Shown here: positions 29,205 through 37,438 of the stretch, in pieces
How the letters are laid out: every line of letters starts with the position of its first letter
Position numbering within the stretch: position 1 is the first letter of the stretch
Source: an uncultured Clostridia bacterium
GTDB lineage: Bacteria > Bacillota > Clostridia > Christensenellales > Aristaeellaceae
Reading direction: 5' to 3'
Assembly: GCA_946538615.1 (NCBI GenBank)
Contig: CAMNGW010000001.1
Span: 5,166 to 69,165, forward strand
Length of the DNA stretch: 64,000 bases
The notes under the pieces: generated by a model
Databases searched by the model: none
Told to the model about the DNA's origin: nothing
The model's input: the letters and a program-made list of their open reading frames with translations, nothing else
Program-made: the position numbers and the translations under genes

Positions 29205-30746
29205 TCAGCTGATTCCTTCAAGGGGCGTCCCGTTGACGTACAGTGTATAGCCATTGCCCTGCACGAGTGACGCATCACCTGAAAATGCTGTAATATTCGT
29301 GTCCGCCGTGAGCGTCCATGTGCTGCCTTCCTCAATGGTTACCGATACCGTTCCCAGTTCCGTGGAAACCGCTGTTCCCTTGCTGTTGACAATTTCACCG
29401 CTGAAGGTCCCTTCAAAAGAAGAACCGTTTCTGAGTGTCAGGGAAAATTCTGCATTGTCCCCTACAAGGACAGTGCCTGCAAGCTGCTGTGCGTCAGCCA
29501 CAAGTTCCGCTGTATTGCCCGCGCCCTTCCAGCCGTCATCACACACAGAAAGCAGGACATCGCTCCCCTCGTTGATCAGTGTCACGTCTGAAAGCGTTAT
29601 AACCGCATGCGTATTGGTCACATGGAACATATGGCCGCTCAGGCTTTTCAGCGACCCGCCTGTCATGGTAAAAGCTGATGTGCCGCTGTCCGCATCCCCG
29701 GACATCGACTGATAGATCATAATCGTATCCAGGAAGGTGGCATTTCCATTGCATTGGGTGTTGTTCGCCATCATGTCACAGTTCACAAGCGTAATGGAAT
29801 TCTTCCCTTCAATGCAGACCCCTTCGGAAAGATTGGAGACAAGGGTCGCGTTGCTGACCTCAATATCTGCCGTAGAGTAGATCACCGGGGAACCCAGTCC
29901 ATTGGAAATATATGTGCCCCCGTCTGCGATCACTTTTCCGCCGCCGCGGTCGGTGCGGATGGGTGCAGATGAACCTCCTCCGGTGGTCACGGTAAGGTTA
30001 CTTGCATAAGTCACACCGCCCCCCGTGGTCATAATGCCGCCAGATCCATTGCCCTTTGTTGTGATGGCCGTATCTTTGATATATACGGTTGTGCCATCAC
30101 CATCCGCACCATTAGAACCACCGTTGCCACCATAGCAGAAAACGCCGTTTGCCCCGGAAGCCTCACTGACGATGCTCCCACCGGCTATTGTCGTCACTGA
30201 ACCGCCTTTGACAAGAAGGGCCGCGTTCAGACCGTAGAAACTGCAGTTATCGCCGCCATCCGAATCGCCTGTCTTGCTCACAGACGGGTTGATGATGGTC
30301 ACTTCTTCATCAGTATTGATCATCAGTGCGCTTTCATCTGCCGTCTGGCTAGTGTAAGTTCCGTCTGTCTGGCTGGTTCCGGAGGTGACCTCAGTTGCGG
30401 CACTGTAGGTAAAGCTTGAACGATTGCCGCCTGGCATACCGCCTTCAGGCGGTTTTCCTCCCGGCATGTTTCCTGGCATGCCTCCCTCAGGCGGTTCCCC
30501 TCCCGGCATGTTTCCCGGCATGCCTCCCTCAGGCGGTTCCCCTCCCGGCATGTTTCCCGGCATGCCTCCCTCAGGCGGTTCCCCTCCCGGCATGTTTCCC
30601 GGCATACCGCCTTCAGGCGGTTCCCCTCCCGGAGCGCCAGAAGATGGGGGTTCCGGTGGCGTACCTGTCTGGCCACTTTCTGCAAACGCCGACACTGCTG
30701 CAAACATCATGGTGCATACAAGAAGAATTGAAACCAACTTTTTCAT
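29205..30746 (-). CDS. Secreted protein: signal peptide, Pro/Gly-rich tandem repeats, then a Gly/Thr/Ser-rich probable right-handed beta-helix domain (Cthe_2159-like carbohydrate-binding family?)
   Basis: 513 aa from the ATG at 30746, with RBS AAGAGG. The signal peptide is [22 protein letters not shown]. Four units of [14 protein letters not shown] are followed by a partial one. The C-terminal part has periodic short G/N/T-rich turns. The family call is from memory only. Confidence 0.6.
   Translation of the reverse strand: MKKLVSILLVCTMMFAAVSAFAESGQTGTPPEPPSSGAPGGEPPEGGMPGNMPGGEPPEGGMPGNMPGGEPPEGGMPGNMPGGEPPEGGMPGNMPGGKPPEGGMPGGNRSSFTYSAATEVTSGTSQTDGTYTSQTADESALMINTDEEVTIINPSVSKTGDSDGGDNCSFYGLNAALLVKGGSVTTIAGGSIVSEASGANGVFCYGGNGGSNGADGDGTTVYIKDTAITTKGNGSGGIMTTGGGVTYASNLTVTTGGGSSAPIRTDRGGGKVIADGGTYISNGLGSPVIYSTADIEVSNATLVSNLSEGVCIEGKNSITLVNCDMMANNTQCNGNATFLDTIMIYQSMSGDADSGTSAFTMTGGSLKSLSGHMFHVTNTHAVITLSDVTLINEGSDVLLSVCDDGWKGAGNTAELVADAQQLAGTVLVGDNAEFSLTLRNGSSFEGTFSGEIVNSKGTAVSTELGTVSVTIEEGSTWTLTADTNITAFSGDASLVQGNGYTLYVNGTPLEGIS
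30427..30636 (-). repeat. In-frame 42-nt tandem repeat (~5 copies) encoding [14 protein letters not shown]
   Basis: The unit ggcatgcctccctcaggcggttcccctcccggcatgtttccc is directly visible. The three central copies are identical and the outer copies diverge. Confidence 0.9.
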
Positions 30747-31161
30747 AGGAATACCTCTTTTCTTTCCCGGTCCGCTTTCTGAAATGTCTTCCCGTCTGCG
30801 GTCTTCCCTCCGGCAGTCTGGATTGTACAAAAGAAATCTTAAATGAACCTTGAAACTGAATCTGTTTTTCTGTATCTGAGGAATATGTCAGCTGCAGGTG
30901 AAACCACAGCTCATCTGAAGGACATACATGTATTATAATCTGATGCAGTCTGACACGTCCCCTGATCACAATGGAAGCCTCTGTCTTTCCGTCTTAATCC
31001 TGACATTTTTCTGACCTGTCTGCTTTCAGAAGACGTTCAAAGCAGAAAATTTTTCTGATTTTGTTCGTCTCCTGATGATTGGTCTTTACCATATCCGACA
31101 ACTTTCCGCGAAAAAACACTGTACTTGGCGTCTTTGGTCACCGTAAAAGCAGGTTCGTCTA

Positions 31162-31189
31162 TTGTCTTGTCTGCTGATTTGCATATAAT
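31162..31189 (+). promoter_or_regulatory. Putative promoter of the ParB-like/BMP fusion gene
   Basis: TTGTCT, a 16-nt spacer, then TATAAT (31184-31189). Confidence 0.4.
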
Positions 31190-31241
31190 GGCGCTGTGCG
31201 GAGCACCGCACGATCCATTCTGTTCATTCAGGAGGTATATT

Positions 31242-33218
31242 ATGAGCAGATCTGAAGCAATTGATCATTACCGCGAAGCTCTGCGTCGCGGACAAAAATA
31301 TTACCATGAGCATGTCAGCCAGGGACAGTTCCCCTATCCTCAGGTACTGGAAAACATCTATCCTGAATCCCGTTCCGCAGCCCGCCAGGATCTGGGTGTG
31401 CTTGAAATCCCGGCGGATGCCATTGTCGGCACACTTGCAGACGGCCGCAAAGCTGCCTTTGCCGGCAACTTTATGCCCCTTTTGGGTGAGACCACAGAAT
31501 TCGCCACAAAATGGGTGAACCTGTGTGAGGCCCATCTGGGATCAAAGGGAATTACCGATCCCATTTCCTGCTTTGAGTATATGGGACGTTTCTATGTTCA
31601 GGAAGGCCATAAACGTGTCTCTGTGCTGCGTTCCTATGACTCTCCTTCCATTCAGGCCAAGGTCACAAGGATCTTCCCGGTCTGGTCAGAGGATCCCGCG
31701 GTCCAGGCTTATTATGAGTTCCTTCCTTTCTTCAAACGTTCAGGCATCTATGTCCTGCAGTTCACACATCCGGGATGTATCAGAAAAATCGAATCCGCGC
31801 TCGGCTTTGAAGCCGACCATGTCTGGACCGACAGCGAACGTTCCGATTTTATGTCTTTCTACTGGGTCCTGCGGGAAGCCTGCACCCCTGAGATGCTCCA
31901 GCACGTCAAGGACCATTCCCTGAGTGAAGTTCTCCTCTCCTGCCTTGATCTGTATTCCTACGATCAGCTCAAGGACCTGGGGGTCAGCGATCTGCGCAAG
32001 CGTCTCGCTGCCCTTATGCCTGACCTCAAGTTTGCCGCTGAAGAGGATACCGTGGATAATGCCACAGTTTCAACTGAACCTGAGATTCCCGGCAAGAGTC
32101 TCGTCCGGAGCATTCTCGACGGGATCTCCAGGCCTACTCTCAATGTGGCTTTTATCAACGTCAATACGCCTGAGACAAGCGTGTGGACACGCGGTCATGA
32201 CGAAGGACGCAAGCATCTCGAAGAAGCACTGGGGAACCAGGTCAGAGTCAAGTCGTACTTTGTCAATGGTACAAGTGCTGAGGTCCTCATGGAGCGTGCA
32301 GTCACCGAGGACGGCGCCCATGTCCTGATTGCCACAGCACCTACGCTTCTGGCCAGCGCACGTCAGTGTGCAGCCATGCACCCCAATGTCAAAGTCCTGG
32401 TATGCGCTCTTTCTGTTCCGTATGTCGGCGTCCGCACATACTACAGCCGCATCCATGAAGCCAAATTCATCTCCGGTGCTGTTGCCGGGGCACTGTGCGG
32501 CTCAAACCCTGTAGGGTATATTGCCAGATATCCTATTCTCGGTGTACCGGCTTCAGTCAATGCCTTTGCCCTCGGCGTACGCATGACCAACCCGAACGCC
32601 AAAGTACTCCTTGAATGGTCCTGCCTTGAGGGGAACCCCGCGGAAAAGCTCCGCTCTGCCGGTGCACGGATCATTTCCGGCCACCCTGTGGCCGCCTCCA
32701 CACCTTCCAACGTGGCACCCGGCTGGTCAACCTCCATCATGGAAGACGACGGGTCTATGACGCCCATCGCCTCTGACGTATGGAACTGGGGCCAGACCTA
32801 CGAACAGATGATCCGTTCCATTCTTGCAGGCGCCTGGGACAGCGCCGCGCCCCGCGGCAACGCCGTCAACTACTGGTGGGGCATGTCCAGCGGCGTCATT
32901 GATGTGGAGCTTTCTGATGCCGTCCCCGAAGGCGTCCGTCAGCTCGCCAGCATTCTCAAGGAAGGGCTTGTCAACGAAACCATTCAGCCTTTCAACAGCA
33001 TAGTTTATGACCAGGCAGGCAATCTGCGTGCGGATCACAGTACCTGGTTCAACCCTGAAGAGCTCATGCAGATGAACTGGCTGTGCGATAATATCGTTGG
33101 CCGGATTCCGGATTTTAACGAGCTCCTCCCCATGTCGCGCGAAACAACCCGTCTGCTCGCACTGCCTCAGGAGACACCTGCTGAAGAAACAGCAGAGGAA
33201 TCCGGAAGCGCAGAATAA
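31242..33218 (+). CDS. Cytoplasmic fusion protein: N-terminal ParB/Srx-like domain + C-terminal BMP (PnrA/Med-type, periplasmic-binding-fold) domain
   Basis: 658 aa from the ATG at 31242, with RBS AGGAGG. There is no signal peptide or lipobox. The N-terminal part has LEIPADAIVGT ... GRFYVQEGHKRVSVLR, a ParB-type (D/E)GH(H/K)R motif. The C-terminal ~330 aa resembles BMP family proteins (VAFINV..., YYSRIHEAKFISGAVAG, YPILGVPASVNAFALG). Confidence 0.7.
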   Translation: MSRSEAIDHYREALRRGQKYYHEHVSQGQFPYPQVLENIYPESRSAARQDLGVLEIPADAIVGTLADGRKAAFAGNFMPLLGETTEFATKWVNLCEAHLGSKGITDPISCFEYMGRFYVQEGHKRVSVLRSYDSPSIQAKVTRIFPVWSEDPAVQAYYEFLPFFKRSGIYVLQFTHPGCIRKIESALGFEADHVWTDSERSDFMSFYWVLREACTPEMLQHVKDHSLSEVLLSCLDLYSYDQLKDLGVSDLRKRLAALMPDLKFAAEEDTVDNATVSTEPEIPGKSLVRSILDGISRPTLNVAFINVNTPETSVWTRGHDEGRKHLEEALGNQVRVKSYFVNGTSAEVLMERAVTEDGAHVLIATAPTLLASARQCAAMHPNVKVLVCALSVPYVGVRTYYSRIHEAKFISGAVAGALCGSNPVGYIARYPILGVPASVNAFALGVRMTNPNAKVLLEWSCLEGNPAEKLRSAGARIISGHPVAASTPSNVAPGWSTSIMEDDGSMTPIASDVWNWGQTYEQMIRSILAGAWDSAAPRGNAVNYWWGMSSGVIDVELSDAVPEGVRQLASILKEGLVNETIQPFNSIVYDQAGNLRADHSTWFNPEELMQMNWLCDNIVGRIPDFNELLPMSRETTRLLALPQETPAEETAEESGSAE

Positions 33219-33236
33219 AAGCAGCTCAAGCTTAAG

Positions 33237-33268
33237 AAAACAGAAGCAGTATGCACTGCTTCTGTTTT
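33237..33268. terminator. Bidirectional Rho-independent terminator
   Basis: A perfect 14-bp stem aaaacagaagcagt / actgcttctgtttt with loop atgc. The A/T tracts are built into both arms. It lies between the convergent 31242..33218 and 33272..35041 genes. Confidence 0.75.
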
Positions 33269-33271
33269 TCT

Positions 33272-35041
33272 TTATGGGCTGTCGTGGCCTGATGTGTACC
33301 ACTCGATATATTCCCTTAACTCGTCCTCACTGGGTTTTTCCTGATCTTTCGGTTCCTGGTATGCCTCATCCGGTTCCTCCCGGCATATTTCTTTCACACA
33401 GGGAAAATCTGCATTCTCCTCAGTATCTGATCCTGAAATGTCCCATGTGCTTCCAGCGCGTTCATATCTGACCCGTTCCTGAGCAATGCGTTTCATTGCA
33501 ATGAGACTGTTTCTCCTGCTCACATCATCCATGGGTACGCGGGCCAGTTCCTGTGCGAGTACCTCCGGTCTGTTCATCCAGTCAGGAAGGACCACCCCCT
33601 GCTCCACACGTCTGCGGAATTCCCAGATCGTACTTTCCTCAATCCCTTTCTGACGTGCATCATGAATAACACGCCTGGCAAGAAGGGTGTAGATTTCACA
33701 GTCATAAGCATCCTCCTGGGCAAGGTACTGCATATCGACCATAGGGTGCGGATCATCTTCATCCGGCAGATACCTGGCCTCGTCCACATTGCCGTTAATA
33801 TACAGATAATAAAGCGCTGCATACGTCTTGCCCTCAGAACGTCTGAGCACGCGTCCAAGGCGCTGGATGCGCTGACGGTTCGTCATGGTCGATGAAATGA
33901 CGATCCCGATCGAAGCATCGGGAACATTCACACCTTCATCAAGCGCCTTGCATGTGGCCAGGATGCGGACCATGCCATCTTTAAAATCCCTGAGCGCACG
34001 TCTTCGCTGCTCCGGCAGCATCTGAGAATGGTACTTGGCTACATCATGAGGGAACAGGGTCTGCATATATGCTGCGATCCTGTCGGTCTGCGAAATTTTT
34101 TCACAAAACAGGATGATGCGCTCTGTCCGCGGAAGACGGCGGATCAGGGATGCTGCACAGAGCATGCGATTTCTTGCATTGGTGACAAGACTCCGCCGGA
34201 GATAGATCACATTGAGATATTTTTGCGGCAGGGATTGCGGGTCATCCAGTTTTTTGGCCAGTTCCAGAATACGCATGAAAAAGCTCCCGCCGCCGGAAGA
34301 AGCCAGTGCCGGAAAGGCATTGAGCAGCTGTCCATGCAAATAGGCCAGTGTGTCGGACAGTTCGCTGTATTGTAAAACTTCTTCACCGGTAAAGGAGACT
34401 GCAATCTGATAGATCAGGAAAGGGCTCACCTGCCCTTCAAAAACTGCTTCCCTCAGTCCGTACCAGTAGATTTCACTGCCCAGCGCTGGTACAAGCACCT
34501 GATCGTACCGGGCACATTGGGGCGTAGCAGAAAGCCCCATGGAAGCATAGCGGGACGGATCAAAAAAGCGGCTGTACTGAAAATCAAAGATTTTTTTGTT
34601 CTCGTCACCCGTATAGTGATGGCATTCATCCGCAATCAGAAAAGTATGCCGCCCATTCTGCATGTCCATATTGACATGGGCGGACAGCGCGTGCCGTGCC
34701 GAATTGACAACATACACCATACAAAAGCAGTCCGGATCATCCTTTTCCGCGCCATAATAGAGACCAATTGTCCTTTCGTCTGCACGTATCTCCTTTTCAT
34801 AAAAACGTCTGAGGCTCTGCACCCACTGCCGTGCGATCGCAATGGTTGGCGTGACAATGCGGACGCGAAGTGCTGTTTCCGGATGTCCGGTCTTCAGTCT
34901 GTCTTCCAGTACCCTGATTCCTGTCATGGCGCACATGGTTTTCCCCGCGCCTGTGATCACATGGACAATCCCATGGAACGCATGTTTTTCCCATGCATCC
35001 AGACACTCTCTCTGCCACCTGTACAGCTCCAGATTGCTCAC
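33272..35041 (-). CDS. Superfamily 2 DNA/RNA helicase (ResIII/DEAH-type) with ~190-aa C-terminal extension ending in an acidic tail
   Basis: 589 aa. Motifs: Q-like YRWQRECL, I TGAGKT, II IADECHHY, III LSATP, VI QRIQRLGRVLRR. The acidic tail is DTEENADF...EEPDEAYQEPKDQEKPSEDE. Confidence 0.85.
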   Translation of the reverse strand: MSNLELYRWQRECLDAWEKHAFHGIVHVITGAGKTMCAMTGIRVLEDRLKTGHPETALRVRIVTPTIAIARQWVQSLRRFYEKEIRADERTIGLYYGAEKDDPDCFCMVYVVNSARHALSAHVNMDMQNGRHTFLIADECHHYTGDENKKIFDFQYSRFFDPSRYASMGLSATPQCARYDQVLVPALGSEIYWYGLREAVFEGQVSPFLIYQIAVSFTGEEVLQYSELSDTLAYLHGQLLNAFPALASSGGGSFFMRILELAKKLDDPQSLPQKYLNVIYLRRSLVTNARNRMLCAASLIRRLPRTERIILFCEKISQTDRIAAYMQTLFPHDVAKYHSQMLPEQRRRALRDFKDGMVRILATCKALDEGVNVPDASIGIVISSTMTNRQRIQRLGRVLRRSEGKTYAALYYLYINGNVDEARYLPDEDDPHPMVDMQYLAQEDAYDCEIYTLLARRVIHDARQKGIEESTIWEFRRRVEQGVVLPDWMNRPEVLAQELARVPMDDVSRRNSLIAMKRIAQERVRYERAGSTWDISGSDTEENADFPCVKEICREEPDEAYQEPKDQEKPSEDELREYIEWYTSGHDSP

Positions 35042-35101
35042 TTCCCACTTTTTTGATTCCTTCAGATTTTACCATGATTAGACTGTAAAGCACACATCAG
35101 A

Positions 35102-35130
35102 TTGAAATAATGCATTTTCTGATATATACT
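35102..35130 (+). promoter_or_regulatory. Putative promoter of the 35192..38651 operon in the divergent AT-rich region
   Basis: TTGAAA (35102-35107), a 17-nt spacer, then TATACT (35125-35130). Confidence 0.4.
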
Positions 35131-35191
35131 TGAGCACGACTTTTCATATCATATCCCATTATCTGATTTTTCAAATAAGGAGAAAACCCCT

Positions 35192-35974
35192 ATGAATTAT
35201 GAAGATTTATACACTGAACTTGCTCCGCTGAAAAAAGCCGTCAAGGATGCTACCGGCAAAGCAGACTCTGCCAGCAAAGCAGCTCTGAAAGCCATAGAAA
35301 CCGGCAATGTCACAGACCTGAAAAAACAGATCAGCATTCTGGAAGGACTCAATGACACGATCTCCAGCGCTACACAGGCCCTCAAACAGGCCTCTGAAGC
35401 TTTCGACGTCGCCGCATATTTCTCCAGCAGCGATTATGAAAAGCAGCTTGTGGAAGAATGCCAGCGGTCTGGTATTGATGTAAAAAACACCGATAATGGC
35501 GTCTATGAAATGTTCCCCTATTCTGTAAAGATTGCTGCGGACCGCCAGGAGGTTACGTTCAATCGCAAAAAGTTCGCCTCGATCCGTCCTGCTTTCCTTG
35601 TCAAGACCATCAAGGAAGGCATTGAAAAGCTGAATAAAGCATCTTTCAACGGCGCCACCATTGCCAAGGAATTCGCTGCGGCTTATGATACAGCTATCGC
35701 TGTTGCCGGAAAGCCTGCCGGGACGCCCATCAGCCTTAAAGTCCTCTATAAGTATCTCGCCCCTACCTCAAGGGCCCGCAAGGAATACGACAACCTCAGC
35801 TTTGCCTATGATGTCGCACGGCTCTACAACGCCCACTATACCCTTCTCCCTGACGGACGTTCTATGGATATCTCCGGCGGGCGTGATGCAGCAAAGAACG
35901 GAGTCCGTGTTCTGAACAGCAACGGCAATGAAGAGATGCTCAGCACCATCTCCTTCAGTTCCGACAAGCAATAA
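35192..35974 (+). CDS. Hypothetical protein, no recognisable domain (N-terminal coiled-coil-like segment)
   Basis: 260 aa, with RBS AAGGAGAA. There is no signal peptide or TM segment. It is the first gene of the operon with the two P-loop ATPases. Confidence 0.6.
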   Translation: MNYEDLYTELAPLKKAVKDATGKADSASKAALKAIETGNVTDLKKQISILEGLNDTISSATQALKQASEAFDVAAYFSSSDYEKQLVEECQRSGIDVKNTDNGVYEMFPYSVKIAADRQEVTFNRKKFASIRPAFLVKTIKEGIEKLNKASFNGATIAKEFAAAYDTAIAVAGKPAGTPISLKVLYKYLAPTSRARKEYDNLSFAYDVARLYNAHYTLLPDGRSMDISGGRDAAKNGVRVLNSNGNEEMLSTISFSSDKQ

Positions 35975-35984
35975 TTTTCTTTCT

Positions 35985-36020
35985 TGTCTCCCGGAAAGGC
36001 CCGGGAGACAGGTTTCTTTT
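35985..36020 (+). terminator. Intra-operon hairpin + T-tract (possible partial terminator/attenuator)
   Basis: Stem tgtctcccgg (35985-35994) pairs with ccgggagaca (36001-36010) around a 6-nt loop. The sequence ggtttctttt follows. Confidence 0.5.
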
Positions 36021-36058
36021 CCCCTCATCTCATGATTTGAATAACGGAGGATATTTCC

Positions 36059-37438
36059 ATGGAGAACCTTGCATGGCTTGATCTCAAAGAAGATGAGCTG
36101 CAGCATGCTCTCAGACAGATCCTGCTCAGTGAATCAGCCGGTCCTAACCTGATCACCCGGGATATGTCGGTAGGCGTCGATTTTCTTGCAGATTTCTGGT
36201 CCAAATATTACCTCGAAGAATATATCAGAAATGGCGGCAGCAAGATCAAATTTGTAACAGGCCGTTCAGGTTCAGGGAAGACCCATCTTCTGGACCTTCT
36301 TTCGTACAAAGCCCAGAAAATGGGATATATCACCGTTAACCTTTCTGCAAGAGACTTTATGCTCGACAATTTCCGGACTGTCTACCTGGAAATCCTCCGT
36401 CACGTGGACTTGCCCTCCGTCTTTGACACCATGGCAGCAAATATTCTCCGTACGCTTGGAGTAGATCTTACTGACAAGCCTTCGGACCTCTCCTACACCG
36501 ATTTTCTGGTCAACAAAAGAGAACTGGACGTCATTATGCGCAATGATATCCGTGGTGCCCTGCGCTCCAATTTTCTTAACCATCCGCTTATGGACAGTAA
36601 TTTCGGTATGTGCTGTTCACTGCTTGTGGGCAATGCCCTTGGGCACCCCAAGCTTGACGATGCCACACTCAGCGTCCTCATGGACTGGATGCACGGTGAA
36701 AGCTCCCAGAAATTAACCACAATCAAAGCAGTTGGCCTGGCCCCCTACCGCATCAACAAATTCAACGCCCGGCACCTCCTGCGTTCACTGGCTGTTTTGC
36801 TGAACATGGCCGGCTATCCCGGCATTTTTGTCACCATTGATCATCTGGAAACAGTCATGAACCTCTCCGGACTGGACGAAATGAAGTATACGCCCAAAAA
36901 ACGCAATGACACCTATGAGAGCATCCGGCAGCTTGTGGATGACATCGACACGCTGCATCATGTTTTCTTTATCTATGCATTCAACAGTGAACTGCTGCAC
37001 AATGAAAAACTCGGGCTCCCTTCCTATGGGGCCCTGTGGATGCGCATCCAGAACGAGATTGTGTCAGAACGTTTTAACCGTTTCCAGGACATTGCCAACC
37101 TAGACAGACTGGCCAGACAGATTTATACACCCCAGGCCCTTATTGAAATCACCTCACGCCTGTCCTGCGCCCTTCCTGACCTGCTCGCCTGCTTCCCGGA
37201 CGTCTCGCCGGAAGCCGTATGGCGCCGTAACGGTCTGGCCGCTCTGATTCCCAAAAATCTCCCGGACGTCTGGCCACGGACCATCACCAGCGAAGAGGCT
37301 GAGGCGCTCATTGCTGAGCAGGCCTACGGTCCTGTCGGTCTGGTCAGGCAGGCGCTTCGTCTTTCTCTTGGGCTCGCAGAAAAGAATCCCGGGCCTGTGG
37401 ACATGCTCTCTGAGGAGGGGAATGAAAGCAATGTATGA
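36059..37438 (+). CDS. P-loop NTPase, BrxD/DUF2791-like (copy 1, Walker B Asp-His)
   Basis: 459 aa, with RBS ACGGAGGA. Walker A is GRSGSGKTHLL (36260-36283). The Walker B-like strand is GIFVTIDHLE, with D261 and H262. It is a paralogue of the next gene (MAGYPGIFVTIDHLE vs VMGYAGWVILFDEAE). Confidence 0.75.
   Translation: MENLAWLDLKEDELQHALRQILLSESAGPNLITRDMSVGVDFLADFWSKYYLEEYIRNGGSKIKFVTGRSGSGKTHLLDLLSYKAQKMGYITVNLSARDFMLDNFRTVYLEILRHVDLPSVFDTMAANILRTLGVDLTDKPSDLSYTDFLVNKRELDVIMRNDIRGALRSNFLNHPLMDSNFGMCCSLLVGNALGHPKLDDATLSVLMDWMHGESSQKLTTIKAVGLAPYRINKFNARHLLRSLAVLLNMAGYPGIFVTIDHLETVMNLSGLDEMKYTPKKRNDTYESIRQLVDDIDTLHHVFFIYAFNSELLHNEKLGLPSYGALWMRIQNEIVSERFNRFQDIANLDRLARQIYTPQALIEITSRLSCALPDLLACFPDVSPEAVWRRNGLAALIPKNLPDVWPRTITSEEAEALIAEQAYGPVGLVRQALRLSLGLAEKNPGPVDMLSEEGNESNV

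Noticed and set aside
30424-30846. 140-aa plus-strand Pro/Gly-rich ORF over the 42-nt repeat; I also considered whether the repeat is a CRISPR array.
   Set aside because: The repeat reads through in several frames. Only the minus frame connects a signal peptide and RBS to a long C-terminal domain. It is not CRISPR: the units are contiguous with no spacers, are 42 nt long, and lie in-frame within a CDS.
31125-31241. Upstream extension of the ParB-like/BMP ORF (alternative start at 31125).
   Set aside because: The extension covers the predicted promoter and leader hairpin. A perfect AGGAGG plus ATG lies at 31242.
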